This document shows positions 46,301 to 51,787 of a DNA stretch of 56,566 nt, in pieces. The notes below the pieces were generated by a model. That model saw nothing but the letters and a program-made list of their open reading frames with translations. It did no database searches and had not been told where the DNA came from. Origin of the DNA: Thermoanaerobaculia bacterium. Lineage in GTDB: Bacteria; Acidobacteriota; Thermoanaerobaculia; Multivoradales; JAGPDF01. The translations under genes and the position numbers were made by a program. Location of the stretch: the NCBI GenBank assembly GCA_019911865.1, contig JAIOJQ010000385.1, positions 1 through 56,566 on the forward strand. The letters are read 5' to 3'. Positions within the stretch are counted from its first letter, which is position 1; each line of letters starts with the position of its first letter.

Positions 46301-49063
46301 ACTCGTGCCCCGCAGCGCCTGGCCGAGGGCGAGCAGCTGCTGGTCGGTCAGGTTCTTGAGGGCGGCCGGTTCGGGACTTGCGGCCTGCTGCTCCTGGTAC
46401 CAGCGGCGAAGGGATTCAAGGTCCCGCACGGTCGCGGGCGCGATTGCCTGCGGCCGGGCCATGAGCTGCGTCATGAGGCTGTAGTTGTCGGTTTCAGCCG
46501 CGCGCGCCCCTTGCGTGGTCAGTTGGTCTTTCGAGTGCGGCAGCAGGCCATGGAGCCGGCGCGCGATCGCCGCGTCGACCGCGCGCGTCGTGGCGCGGAT
46601 CGCCTCGTCCTGGCGAAGGCCCGAAACTCGCAAGAGCCGAATCAAGGCGGTCCTCTGGAGCTCGCCGCGGGAGAAGACGGAGTTGCGCTCGGCCAGGCGG
46701 GCTACGGCGTACTCGACGCTCGCTTTGGCCGTCGGCGGCAAAGGCCGCCTCTCGTCCGGGCTGGCGGGCGAGGAACGCAGTTGCGACGCGCTCGATCCTC
46801 GCGTCCCGGGAGGCGGAGCCAGGGTGACCCCGGGCGTATCGAGTCCGAATGTCTGCCGAGCCTCGTCCGCAAACGCTCCAGGGTGGGAGGCAGCCAGCGC
46901 CGTGAGGGCGTCGGATTGAATCTGCCGGGCATGAGCTTCGAGCAAGATGCCGTGAGGTGGCTGCGTGATCGAGGCGAGCAGGATCTCGGCAGCCGGAGCG
47001 GATGCCGCGAACTGCTCGGGACTGCGGACCGCGAGAGTGCCTCGCGCCGAGTCGGCCACCAGCAGAAGCGCCTGACCGCGGCCCTCCGATCGGGCAAGGG
47101 AAGAGACACGCCTGGCCACTCGATCGAGAAAGGAAGGGTGCTCGACGGCGCGCACGGCCTTGGCGCGAAGGCCGGTGCCGGAGGGCAGCACGATGTGGTC
47201 GGCGCTCTCGACCGCGAGCAAGGCGGTCGCCTCGGCCCGAGGGGGTGCGGGTTCGCTCGGATCCTCGCCGGCGATGACGAGGGTGCCGCGACGGTCCGGG
47301 TCGAGCGCCAGGCTTCGCTCGCGGGCGGCGCGGGAGAGCGAGAGCGCATCGAATCCGAGCTGACGCCCCTTCTGTTGCCACTGCGGGATCAGGGCTTCCC
47401 AGCGGATGCGCCCGGGTTTGGCCTCGCGGGTCGTCAAGACGGCGTGGTCGCGCAGCTGCTGGCGGGTCCGTGGGGTGGTCCTGGACGGATCCAAGCCGGC
47501 CGCGCGCATGCGCTCGGCTTGCGCCGCGGTGATCTTGGTCGCACGTGAGGAGAAGGCTCGAGCGACGCTCTCTGGAACATCGGCGAGGCGAGCGACGAGC
47601 GTTTGGGGGTCGATCTCGACGCGGTAGCCCAGCGCGCGAAGCTCGGAGGCAAGCTGCGCGGAGTAGAGCTGCTCGTAGTGGCGAACGTGCTGCCGGATGA
47701 GAAGCGGATTGAGCGGACCGTAACCTCGACCCCGACGGGCGAGGTTGAGCACGAAGGCGTGGGTATGCAGCTGCGGATCGAGTGCCCGGGAAAAGCCGTG
47801 GTCGAACCGGGCTACCAGGAACTCTCCGGTCGCGACGAAGGCACGTCTCGACTCGGTGCCGGCGTCGCGCTCCATCGCCGCCAGAGCGGTGAGTACGGCT
47901 CGCCGATGGGCTTCGAGGATGCGGGAGTCCTCACCGAGCAGCGCCTGGACGGAGACCGACTTGTCCGGGGCGAAGATGTAGTCGAAGCCGGCGCGCCGGG
48001 TCTCGGGCGTCTCGCCGCGCGCAGGTTGCGCGAGTGTCCGAGCTCCGTCGGGGCTTCGCCCTTCTGCGAGGTTCTCGAAGGCTCGCGCCTCGATGGGCTC
48101 GTCGGACGAAAGGCCGAGGCGAGCCGCGAGCTTGCCGGTCCACAACCCCTCCCCAGAATCGAGCATGAGGCCCGTGCTCTCGCCCGGAACGAACGGCGGA
48201 GGCGAGCCGGGAGTTCGGAAGACGGGAGCCAGGCCCCGAAGCTGGGCGTCCGCAAGGACGCCGCCGAGCTCGGACGGAGCGAGCTCGAGCCTGCGCACTT
48301 CGAGGGCGCCGAAGCTGGCGCTCGATGGGTCGGCTGCGGCTTGAAGCAAGAGCGCCGCGCCCGGCTGCAGGATGAGCTCGCGGCCGCCCCCGAGAGGGAT
48401 GGCAAACCCCGTGAGACCCGACTCGGCGAGAACGCCGGGCTCGGCCAGCGGCGAGCTGGCTTGAAGGCGGGTGAGAAGAGGTGCGAGTGCGTCCCGGGGC
48501 TCACCCGATTGCGGGACCGGAAGATGGCGAGCCTCCGGGTCGAACTCCGGATAGAGCGCCTGGATTCGCGAGGAGAAGGCCGCGAGCGTTTCCGGAGTCG
48601 CCGGAATCCACCAGCGCCGAGTTTCGAAACCTCTGGACTGCTCGTAGAGGATTCCACCCGAGGTGAGCCGAAGGACTTCCTCGCCGCCGATTCTCACGGA
48701 AGGACCCGAGGCTTGTCCCGGCCCAGTGCTCCCGATCCCGAGGTAAACGCCGTGCGCCTGAAGGTGGGCTGTGATCTGGCGCAGCTCGGCAAGGGCCACC
48801 GCTTCGCCCGGAGTCAGAGACTCGGGAGAGCGACCGACCGGGAGGAGGTTGGGGGAGTCGGGGTCGGCTGGGCCCGGACGGCCCGCACGAACCCAGCCGG
48901 GCCGCGCCTCTTCGGCGAGGGCCGCGTCGACCGCCGCGGTCGCGGCGGCGACATCTTGTCGGAGCGAGGGCGCCACCTCGGCGGCGCCCTGGGCGAGCTG
49001 CTCGCGGTAGTAGCTCTTGGCGTGACCCGCGGAGAGGCCGCCCGTTCCGTGCACAACGCCCAT
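37340..49063 (-). CDS. Stop-free 3,907-codon ORF: MOBF relaxase + RecD-like helicase + Zn/Toprim primase + unknown domain + PPP metallophosphatase + helicase-like tail. Probably composite (see findings).
   Basis: A single frame with no stop over 11,724 nt. The recognisable domains are listed as separate features. Two internal segments (43282..43956, 41869..42084) have about 50% third-position GC in this frame, against about 80-85% elsewhere. Confidence 0.6.
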   Translation of the reverse strand: MGVVHGTGGLSAGHAKSYYREQLAQGAAEVAPSLRQDVAAATAAVDAALAEEARPGWVRAGRPGPADPDSPNLLPVGRSPESLTPGEAVALAELRQITAHLQAHGVYLGIGSTGPGQASGPSVRIGGEEVLRLTSGGILYEQSRGFETRRWWIPATPETLAAFSSRIQALYPEFDPEARHLPVPQSGEPRDALAPLLTRLQASSPLAEPGVLAESGLTGFAIPLGGGRELILQPGAALLLQAAADPSSASFGALEVRRLELAPSELGGVLADAQLRGLAPVFRTPGSPPPFVPGESTGLMLDSGEGLWTGKLAARLGLSSDEPIEARAFENLAEGRSPDGARTLAQPARGETPETRRAGFDYIFAPDKSVSVQALLGEDSRILEAHRRAVLTALAAMERDAGTESRRAFVATGEFLVARFDHGFSRALDPQLHTHAFVLNLARRGRGYGPLNPLLIRQHVRHYEQLYSAQLASELRALGYRVEIDPQTLVARLADVPESVARAFSSRATKITAAQAERMRAAGLDPSRTTPRTRQQLRDHAVLTTREAKPGRIRWEALIPQWQQKGRQLGFDALSLSRAARERSLALDPDRRGTLVIAGEDPSEPAPPRAEATALLAVESADHIVLPSGTGLRAKAVRAVEHPSFLDRVARRVSSLARSEGRGQALLLVADSARGTLAVRSPEQFAASAPAAEILLASITQPPHGILLEAHARQIQSDALTALAASHPGAFADEARQTFGLDTPGVTLAPPPGTRGSSASQLRSSPASPDERRPLPPTAKASVEYAVARLAERNSVFSRGELQRTALIRLLRVSGLRQDEAIRATTRAVDAAIARRLHGLLPHSKDQLTTQGARAAETDNYSLMTQLMARPQAIAPATVRDLESLRRWYQEQQAASPEPAALKNLTDQQLLALGQALRGTSSIAMLEAGPGAGKSRSLEALQALARREGWTVRFFAPTRRAVESLGEYGVGAETVQGFIRRPLPKDLASRELWILDEVGQTGQEDWNRFARMALHAGAKVYAVGDRQQHHAVPAGSIPQQLSAFGVPIYRIQELNRQHAPDPTSRRAPADANALRVAAFATHQRPGRALYELRATSRSDSALVTRRRELLAFVAARGIERTREALCALPELGSAEVAKKREKLTGRLEDYRSLARPDTAARNLIVVQDPYVQREAVAALYLANPPERRDESLVVFPTHAARDEFAGIVRELRLGPLGELDPRRGQISLLRLRDLSWTAADSGDISAYLRANNSRDPHPLFLHFPTGHGDLRLRRDSYVEVRRADSNTASVTLALPDGTEATVSVRELSGQVSALEMSKLTLVVGDRVQFRKTERAESINNGDLATLVEVRPDPASASEQIAVFELDRRRAHGEPIRVQLSSQHLNTFDFGYSVTSHSAQSITKDEVLAAYHTGEQAQVLSSANPTVDLTRSRYHVAVVTDDPQQLATLFEAPHLRPMALAASSSSGAAAAPLANGIVRDEGRARAATEQLIASLAAHARPLDAMDQETPGLSHLAYQAWTRFEQASEAEQRLRAWTTLAEALRGQYTSVHRDRADDLRRLPSPVVSAFASWQMERSGVPSRYLLNAEATLAFAREIHRELRATVPPGLTRTEHQRRLLYGSINLENVEAAAVAGDLPRYMESVDTVRQMLALDIPALDRPEESKGLLLGRLEALESTDTRLRAEWIAATLSPTVALTPEDLRYVRLERSLRQDDSPPDGPDPWPIGTSGHGNPGGSAGGGSGPPPTHPGSGGGDAGSPGRDRPGTREAADDLREFDRRPGHRRSPPPEDRGAGPEAGDGLRVARASGRDAADALGAARQGGRGDTDDDLGVFEAARARAGRSEQGAPAPDAPAQGGQRAQAGSQDRSGAEQKVLGGVRGGGAAAADPGDGRGLARRLVRGGELQEGAAGAAAGDRSGDERSPSAGPLSEPAPSPPVSPPTAGVPSMSGPSSPSSPESRALSRRVYAPDAVDQVRRLLDSGGFKPTGPSHQFQAFCPGHKDGAKSGRRSLSIGTGGDGKPLLHCYAGCSHERVLGALGVSYDTFKSDAPSFEVRRSEPSRHEVERSPVAWTPMKAWPDPYKLRHPTFGTPQHVWAIRDRDGNLFAYKARWDKDAPGNETGTKQVRWFRGGWSLNRRGTPEAEKLHAADAPLYRSEVAFNPARPVFLVEGEKAADALAALGLQAYGTHSASNRPQQRNLEFLRGASVIVWPDKDEAGARQAAAVGGALGSIVSKVSIATAPAWLAPKGDAADYVERLASEGLDPRAIRFRLRDELELRSESEPTRRSAHEAVPRVAVGAPLAGWTEPAAPPAAPTEVLSAPSTTLRSPDEPADPRFQAASNLGGVPRPEAPGAASEARRDRPDGRPRAVPGLGLPATVFVSPDGVPLPVPGRSSYRGQAVADDLSVDGRRRGLVAGINFTQHRELAEQFAASPGPHSKEVVELEVSIARPFSLLHGYPADYLATLDPAAVALARERGDLLSGDRIAGASFLDAAGAAFARSRPGFDLDNDDHRAEAMMAVRDRLLAGGYDSTYSVQSGQHIWAALNAGQVRRIDSPARAREEPAPEATAKTREGEARPPGRSPVAARMADAPDVLDLTEFDASLPVAPASARSTVAPVERSATSAGLVVDDARQALAGRRVLVVGDVHGELGTLKRALERLEFRPDRGDVLVSVGDLVDRGPDSKQVLDYVQSLGESFLGVRGNHEQRLLALHGREKEGMFLGSGLAATFESFGAESGSRTVPDSYLDFLGRLPHALRLPQGLVVHAGLSPGRSFEDQEPQTVLSIRNVARADGAKVPWWQAGEPPVSERVFFGHTPIESGVAPATDRLMALDGGATHGDQLRLWDSGDGRVHAFAVAELAPERARQAAPPPEPSALPAVEQQAPSPGSPGEPPGSSGASRPPQPPEPPRVPPIPHLMTEAARVQAESPELFARFARETEYLERYGKSREAFVQNAEAILKSQKIEGSHRPTNDPEVAIARSLAELSERSPAFAFDEVLTRAWVHTGGSVALEALDEQLHRRADVVFSPDGSRLARVDNYAEELYVAAQIARGRDVEPIVPASARPQELETRLRGAIADPADRAAVAEVLENRHQFSFVTSRDGGAQASAATPFAVGLHRELARRGWHPVHVTTGFEQRGELLEAGIPAGQIASRRYFLEGGGWAFGAGRVAPVAIVHGAERLAVHELRGLVDRAHAGGLRVVFAARHPELSPFAARGPALLAATAGERLIPAAERRYAGSALAALWRRPTANDPGVQVSAALSAALAGSPARVRVVEVDSDREVRATSTALAAPGPAPALLVTNLSLDADRAGQVLAERTDTVRAHLHRAGRLNLDEQVRVEVREKVPALSPETLRAEHWRPGDWLYRREPGGSMSAFRLVAVDREGQQLAAVASGQGVGGNAVRIERIAPAEAAHMVTYRSAERSFAQGDFVRFRSEPGGPLESGRIAGFDPRGGIRIEGGPKDGPTPLLELDHHYVAHARSGEHLALGEGRPIVVEIDGPRYAGQIQRLLAGTPNEQVELVFGKSERDLAVVLDRPQNLGSQLALAVVHQAREPELAREGPAAVRQAPEASERAAQPARPTLERLDHVGSAAPAPGPSAPTLEVHRPGAAPLTSALALPDSWEGARDEILRLSSRIVEMEQVREQLERSGKDLAREQNRSLGARPAPAEAAERFEKRLGELRAEGASFDLEAAEAARAARHLPAEAYTPAAVAAARTARILTTAQIAFHAAERLLDDDPERLTRSAVATAKSTSLSATRSALGALARDRSVALQPGVTRDAPSPARAPSLPGTRGPSAALPRPSPGGKAPGAGAQSPVSTAANAALSALNFTQTSRRVQGALERLSQGQAQEIVRLASLVAREGVQKAMTFVAPQVKPFVSAALAAGRTAAAAARAIAAPSKGISR
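40500..41165 (-). other. Domain: PPP-family (calcineurin-like/ApaH-PrpE-like) metallophosphoesterase
   Basis: RRVLVVGDVHGELGTL, LVSVGDLVDRGPDS, LGVRGNHEQRL, GLVVHAGL, VFFGHTP. Confidence 0.8.
41869..42084 (-). CDS. Alternative-frame (+1) small ORF nested in the giant ORF
   Basis: AGGAG-N5-ATG at 42084. 71 aa: MNPPTPDSKPLPTWEEYLAQRPPELRAKLEETGPMGVLALSQALGYPPPF... Third-position GC is 83% here and 53% in the giant frame (hand count). Pro-rich, so less certain. Confidence 0.4.
   Translation of the reverse strand: MNPPTPDSKPLPTWEEYLAQRPPELRAKLEETGPMGVLALSQALGYPPPFSYPPTESHYRSPDDPPTEDKP
42090..43228 (-). other. Module: DNA primase (CHC2-like zinc motif + Toprim) with its own SD and ATG at 43228
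   Basis: AGGAG-N8-ATG at 43228 (MSGPSSPSS...). FQAFCPGHKDG...LLHCYAGCSHERVLGALG; VFLVEGEKAADALAALG; VIVWPDKDEAGARQ; PKGDAADYV. Confidence 0.8.
43282..43956 (-). CDS. Alternative-frame (+1) gene nested in the giant ORF: coiled-coil protein with C-terminal TM helix
   Basis: GGAGGA-N8-ATG at 43956. 224 aa of normal composition (…LQRIEEQVQKLATAFELPEHP…KEANEHKQALKIAL…WAEYAAAALLLLILAMVGGWLGGWFAV). Hand-counted third-position GC is about 85% in this frame and about 50% in the giant frame. Confidence 0.65.
   Translation of the reverse strand: MSGSNGPFAKTTHLPTVPIHGQSAPVATETPAAAPEAVLGLLQHTQAQVEETLGLQAEIVQALARLLMTSESSTDDLGTVAPRLQRIEEQVQKLATAFELPEHPGETPQTLSAQLAKVDAAIPTMTSEFSKLRERVQDGLNKALQHQTLLRKEANEHKQALKIALAPSKRFWAEYAAAALLLLILAMVGGWLGGWFAVASYKKALLEPLPAIDRATSEAPAPGR
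44700..46400 (-). other. Domain: RecD/TraA-like P-loop helicase
   Basis: IAMLEAGPGAGKSRSLEAL (46262..46290), LWILDEVGQ, VYAVGDRQQH, FDFGYSVTSHSAQSITKDEV (about 44832..44910). Confidence 0.8.
47450..49063 (-). other. Domain: TrwC/TraI-type (MOBF) relaxase
   Basis: AKSYYREQ near the N-terminus; GLWTGKLAARLGL; RAGFDYIFAPDKSVSVQAL; ARFDHGFSRALDPQLHTHAFVLN (compare TrwC FRHETSRERDPQLHTHAVILN). About 280 aa are inserted between the YY segment and W.GK..LGL. Confidence 0.85.
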
Positions 49064-49080
49064 AACGTTACGTTATGCGA
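49062..49080. promoter_or_regulatory. ATAAC-N5-GTTATGCGA palindromic site (copy 2 of 2), overlapping the relaxase start codon
   Basis: ATAACgttacGTTATGCGA, followed by TAACGC. On the minus strand the GTTATG contains the ATG at 49063. Confidence 0.45.
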
Positions 49081-49145
49081 TAACGCAACGCTAGGCAACA
49101 CAGAGACGCAACCCCGCCTCTGACGGGTGCGCGCGGCTGGACGCC

Positions 49146-49781
49146 TCAGCCGCGGGTGGGGGAGTTGCCCACGTACTTCTCGGCGACGATGCGCTCGGCA
49201 TCGGCAGCGAGCTGGGTGATCGTTTCCATGGGGATGGCCTTGCCCCCGAGCCCGTGGGCCTGAAGGGCGAGGGTAAGGAAGGTCGTCTGGGTCTCGATGG
49301 CTCGCAACACCTGCGCGAGGCTGCCGCCACCTTGCTCGAGAGCCCGCCGCAGAGTCAGGGTGACCCAGTCTTCGAGCAGCAGGTTGAGCCGGCTCGCCTC
49401 GGCATGAGCCTCGCGACGCAGCGAGTCCGGGAGCATCAGGATCCAGTGCTCGTGGTACTCGTTGAGGACCCGCTGAACGTAACGGCTCAGCGAGACGCCC
49501 GCCGACCGGGCCGCGGCCTGAAACGGTTCGAGGTCGGCCTTCGGGACGCGGATGAGGTCGGTGTCGGGCGCGGCGGCGCGCGCGATGCGCAGCAGATCCT
49601 GGATGTGCTGCGAGACCGGTCGATGCATTGCCTCGGCCTCGGCTGCGAGCTCCTGGAAATGATCGGCGTCGAGGTAGAGGCTGACCCGGTTCTTGCTGTC
49701 CGACCAGGCGTGCCGGGGCCGTTTCGGACCGGAACTTGCGGCCGGCAAACTGGACGCTGGCGGTTTCTTTCGCGAAGCCAT
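49146..49781 (-). CDS. Tandem ribbon-helix-helix protein (relaxosome accessory/MobC-TrwA-like position)
   Basis: ORF trimmed to ATG 49781 (MASRKKPPASS...). There are two RHH-like units: RVSLYLDADHFQELAAEAEAMHRPVSQHIQDLL and LIRVPKADLEPFQAAARSAGVSLSRYVQRVL. It lies directly upstream of the relaxase. Confidence 0.6.
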   Translation of the reverse strand: MASRKKPPASSLPAASSGPKRPRHAWSDSKNRVSLYLDADHFQELAAEAEAMHRPVSQHIQDLLRIARAAAPDTDLIRVPKADLEPFQAAARSAGVSLSRYVQRVLNEYHEHWILMLPDSLRREAHAEASRLNLLLEDWVTLTLRRALEQGGGSLAQVLRAIETQTTFLTLALQAHGLGGKAIPMETITQLAADAERIVAEKYVGNSPTRG

Positions 49782-49817
49782 GGGTGCCCTCTCAGACGCG
49801 GTTTCAAGAATTCTTGT

Positions 49818-49848
49818 GTTATCTGGCGTTACCTTAACGCAGTGTAAC
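49818..49848. promoter_or_regulatory. Array of four GTTAT/GTTAC/TTAAC/GTAAC half-sites at ~10-11 bp spacing in an AT-rich island (oriT/operator candidate)
   Basis: GTTATctggcGTTACcTTAACgcagtGTAAC lies within the low-GC patch 49801..49870, upstream of the RHH gene and between the transfer genes and the SSB block. Confidence 0.4.
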
Positions 49849-49984
49849 ACAGCGCGCTAAGAACCGTGGGCAGAAAAGGTTGCAGGCTCACAGGGGCCGG
49901 GCGAACGGATGGGGTCCGAGCGTTAGGTATGGGCCCTTTTCCCGCCCCTCGATCGGGCAGGGAGAAGGGGTGCTTCGGGAAGCG

Positions 49985-50698
49985 CTACCGGAGCCGATCG
50001 AACGCGGCTTCGGCGGCTTTGGCGGCGCGGTGAGCGTCCATCTCGGCGGCCTTGAGGCTCTCGACTTCTTCGGCGGGGGCTCCGGCGGCCTCGGCATCCT
50101 TGCGGGCGGCGTGGGCGGTGGCGACTTCCTCGCGGCAGGCGCGGACCCACTGCTCGGCGGCCTGCTTCTCGGCGGCGCGGCGGGCGATCTCGCGGCGCTC
50201 GGCCTCGGCCGTGGTGTCGGGCATCTTGGGCGAGCTGGGCGCGTACTCTCCGGGGCCGTCGTAGCTCTTGGCGCGCGGTCCCTGCTCGTTGCGGTCGGTA
50301 GCCTTGAAAGCCGCGGCGGCGAAGATCAGCCGGTGGGCGCCGACGTTCCACTGCGGGCGGGTGTGCTTCTTGCCGGCCTTGTCGGTGTAGGTCCGAACCT
50401 CGCGCGCGGCGGTGATCTCGACGAGGTCGCCGCGCTCGAGGTCGTGGGGCAGGTACTCGGCGGCGCAGTTGAGAAAGACGGGCGGCGCGTCGGGGTTCTC
50501 CTTCGAGCGCTGGACGAGGGTAAACAGGACGAGGTCCGGGCGCTCCTCGGCGATCTCCTGCACGTAAGCGCCGAGCTCCTCGTCGAAACGCTCGACGCGG
50601 CGGCCGGCGCGGCGGATGCTGCGGAAGGGGGAGCGTTCCTCCTTCTTCTGGATCAAGACTCCGGCGAGTTTCACGGTGGCGGTCGGGTTCGTGTTCAT
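49985..50698 (-). CDS. Divergent OB-fold SSB-like protein with Ala/Glu-rich helical tail
   Basis: Trimmed to ATG 50698, with GAGGAAG upstream. TVKLAGVLIQKKEERSPF...LVLFTLVQRSKE...FLNCAAEYLPHDLERGDLVEITAAREVRTYTDKAGKKHTRPQWNVGAHRLIF follows the SSB OB-fold pattern. Confidence 0.6.
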   Translation of the reverse strand: MNTNPTATVKLAGVLIQKKEERSPFRSIRRAGRRVERFDEELGAYVQEIAEERPDLVLFTLVQRSKENPDAPPVFLNCAAEYLPHDLERGDLVEITAAREVRTYTDKAGKKHTRPQWNVGAHRLIFAAAAFKATDRNEQGPRAKSYDGPGEYAPSSPKMPDTTAEAERREIARRAAEKQAAEQWVRACREEVATAHAARKDAEAAGAPAEEVESLKAAEMDAHRAAKAAEAAFDRLR

Positions 50699-50712
50699 GG
50701 CTTGCTTCCTCT

Positions 50713-51026
50713 CTCTCGGTTCCGGCTGGCTGGAGTGCCGCCGGTTCAAAAATCCTTTTCCCCTCACGTCCTCTTTTCTGCGTCTTCGGCTTCCCGTCTG
50801 TCCGTCCTGCCCGTCTTCGCCCGCCGAGAGGCGGGCAGGGCGGACGGACGGGAAGCTGAGCCGGAGGGCGGCGAGCCATGAAGATCAGATTGCGGAGCGT
50901 CTGCCACGAGGCGTGCCAGTACGTCTCATCGCTGGCGCGACTCGTGGGCGGAGCGGCCTGCCTTTCGGCGAGCCGCCCGGAGGCGCCCCCAGCAGAAAAG
51001 AGGACGTGAGGGGAAAAAACCGAGAG
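50713..51026. promoter_or_regulatory. ~310-nt nested inverted-repeat structure upstream of the SSB-like gene (ssDNA promoter/ssi-like or 5'-UTR structure candidate)
   Basis: The outer 9-bp arms are 50713..50721 and 51018..51026. Perfect 26-bp arms are 50756..50781 (ttttcccctcacgtcctcttttctgc) and 50992..51017. An inner 68-nt hairpin (50789..50856) has a 19-bp stem with two G-T pairs, plus a GCCCGCC-gaga-GGCGGGC tip. Confidence 0.55.
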
Positions 51027-51382
51027 GATTCCTTCGTCCTTCAGGTCTTGGCCGTTGCAGGAGAGATCGCAGCGCAGTGGCGGGGAGCGCGCCCTGGGGC
51101 CGCCTCCGATCGGACCCGAGGGGAGACCGCGGAGGACGCGAGCGGCGGAGCTTGCCGAGCCGCGGAAGGCAAGCTCCGGCCCCCGGGTGGACCCCCCCGG
51201 CTACTGGAGCGGAGCGCCCAGCGGCAGCGCGAGCAGCCCGACGTCCGGAAGGCCTCCTTCTGCGACGGCCCGGCAGAAGGTGAGCGACACGCTACCGGCG
51301 CACGCCGAGACTCCGGCGCGAGAGCAACTGCCAAAGCGCTCGGGGTGTCAGCCGGAAAGTGCTGTGCGCTGCGAGGACGCCT

Positions 51383-51787
51383 TCAGCTCGCGACCGACCA
51401 GTCCTCGATCTTGAGCTCGGGTACCCGGGTGAACTCGCGCAGATTCCGGGTCACCAGAGTCAGCTTCCGAATCTGCGCTTGGGCGGCAATCAACAGGTCA
51501 TAGGCCCCGATGTTCTGGCCCGACCGGACCAAGCGAAGCCGAATCTCGGCGGCCGCCTCGGCATCCTCGGGAAGCAGCTCGAGCACGGGGAATGCGAGGC
51601 TCTGAATCCTTCGCAACTCCGCCTCGGATCGAGAGCTCTTGAGGGCGCCATAGTGGAGCTCATGATGCACGAGGCACGGCAGTCCCACCGAACCCGGCGC
51701 CTGACGCCGCAAGCGGCGGGCGACTGTCGACGAGGAATCCCGCAGCGCGTCGACGACGGCATTCGTATCGAGCAGGTAGCGGATCAT
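51383..51787 (-). CDS. vapC: VapC PIN-domain toxin
   Basis: Trimmed to ATG 51787: MIRYLLDTNAVVDAL...LVHHELHYGALKS...NIGAYDLLIAAQAQIRKLTLVTRNLREFTRVPELKIEDWS. It closely parallels MvpT/VapC. Confidence 0.9.
   Translation of the reverse strand: MIRYLLDTNAVVDALRDSSSTVARRLRRQAPGSVGLPCLVHHELHYGALKSSRSEAELRRIQSLAFPVLELLPEDAEAAAEIRLRLVRSGQNIGAYDLLIAAQAQIRKLTLVTRNLREFTRVPELKIEDWSVAS

Noticed and set aside
50878-51009. 43-codon plus-strand ORF (MKIRLRSVCHEACQYV…) with GGAGGG-N9-ATG and about 81% third-position GC, inside the big hairpin.
   Set aside because: It is too short to judge. High GC3 is easily produced by the GC-rich stems themselves, and no family was recognised. It is mentioned but not called.
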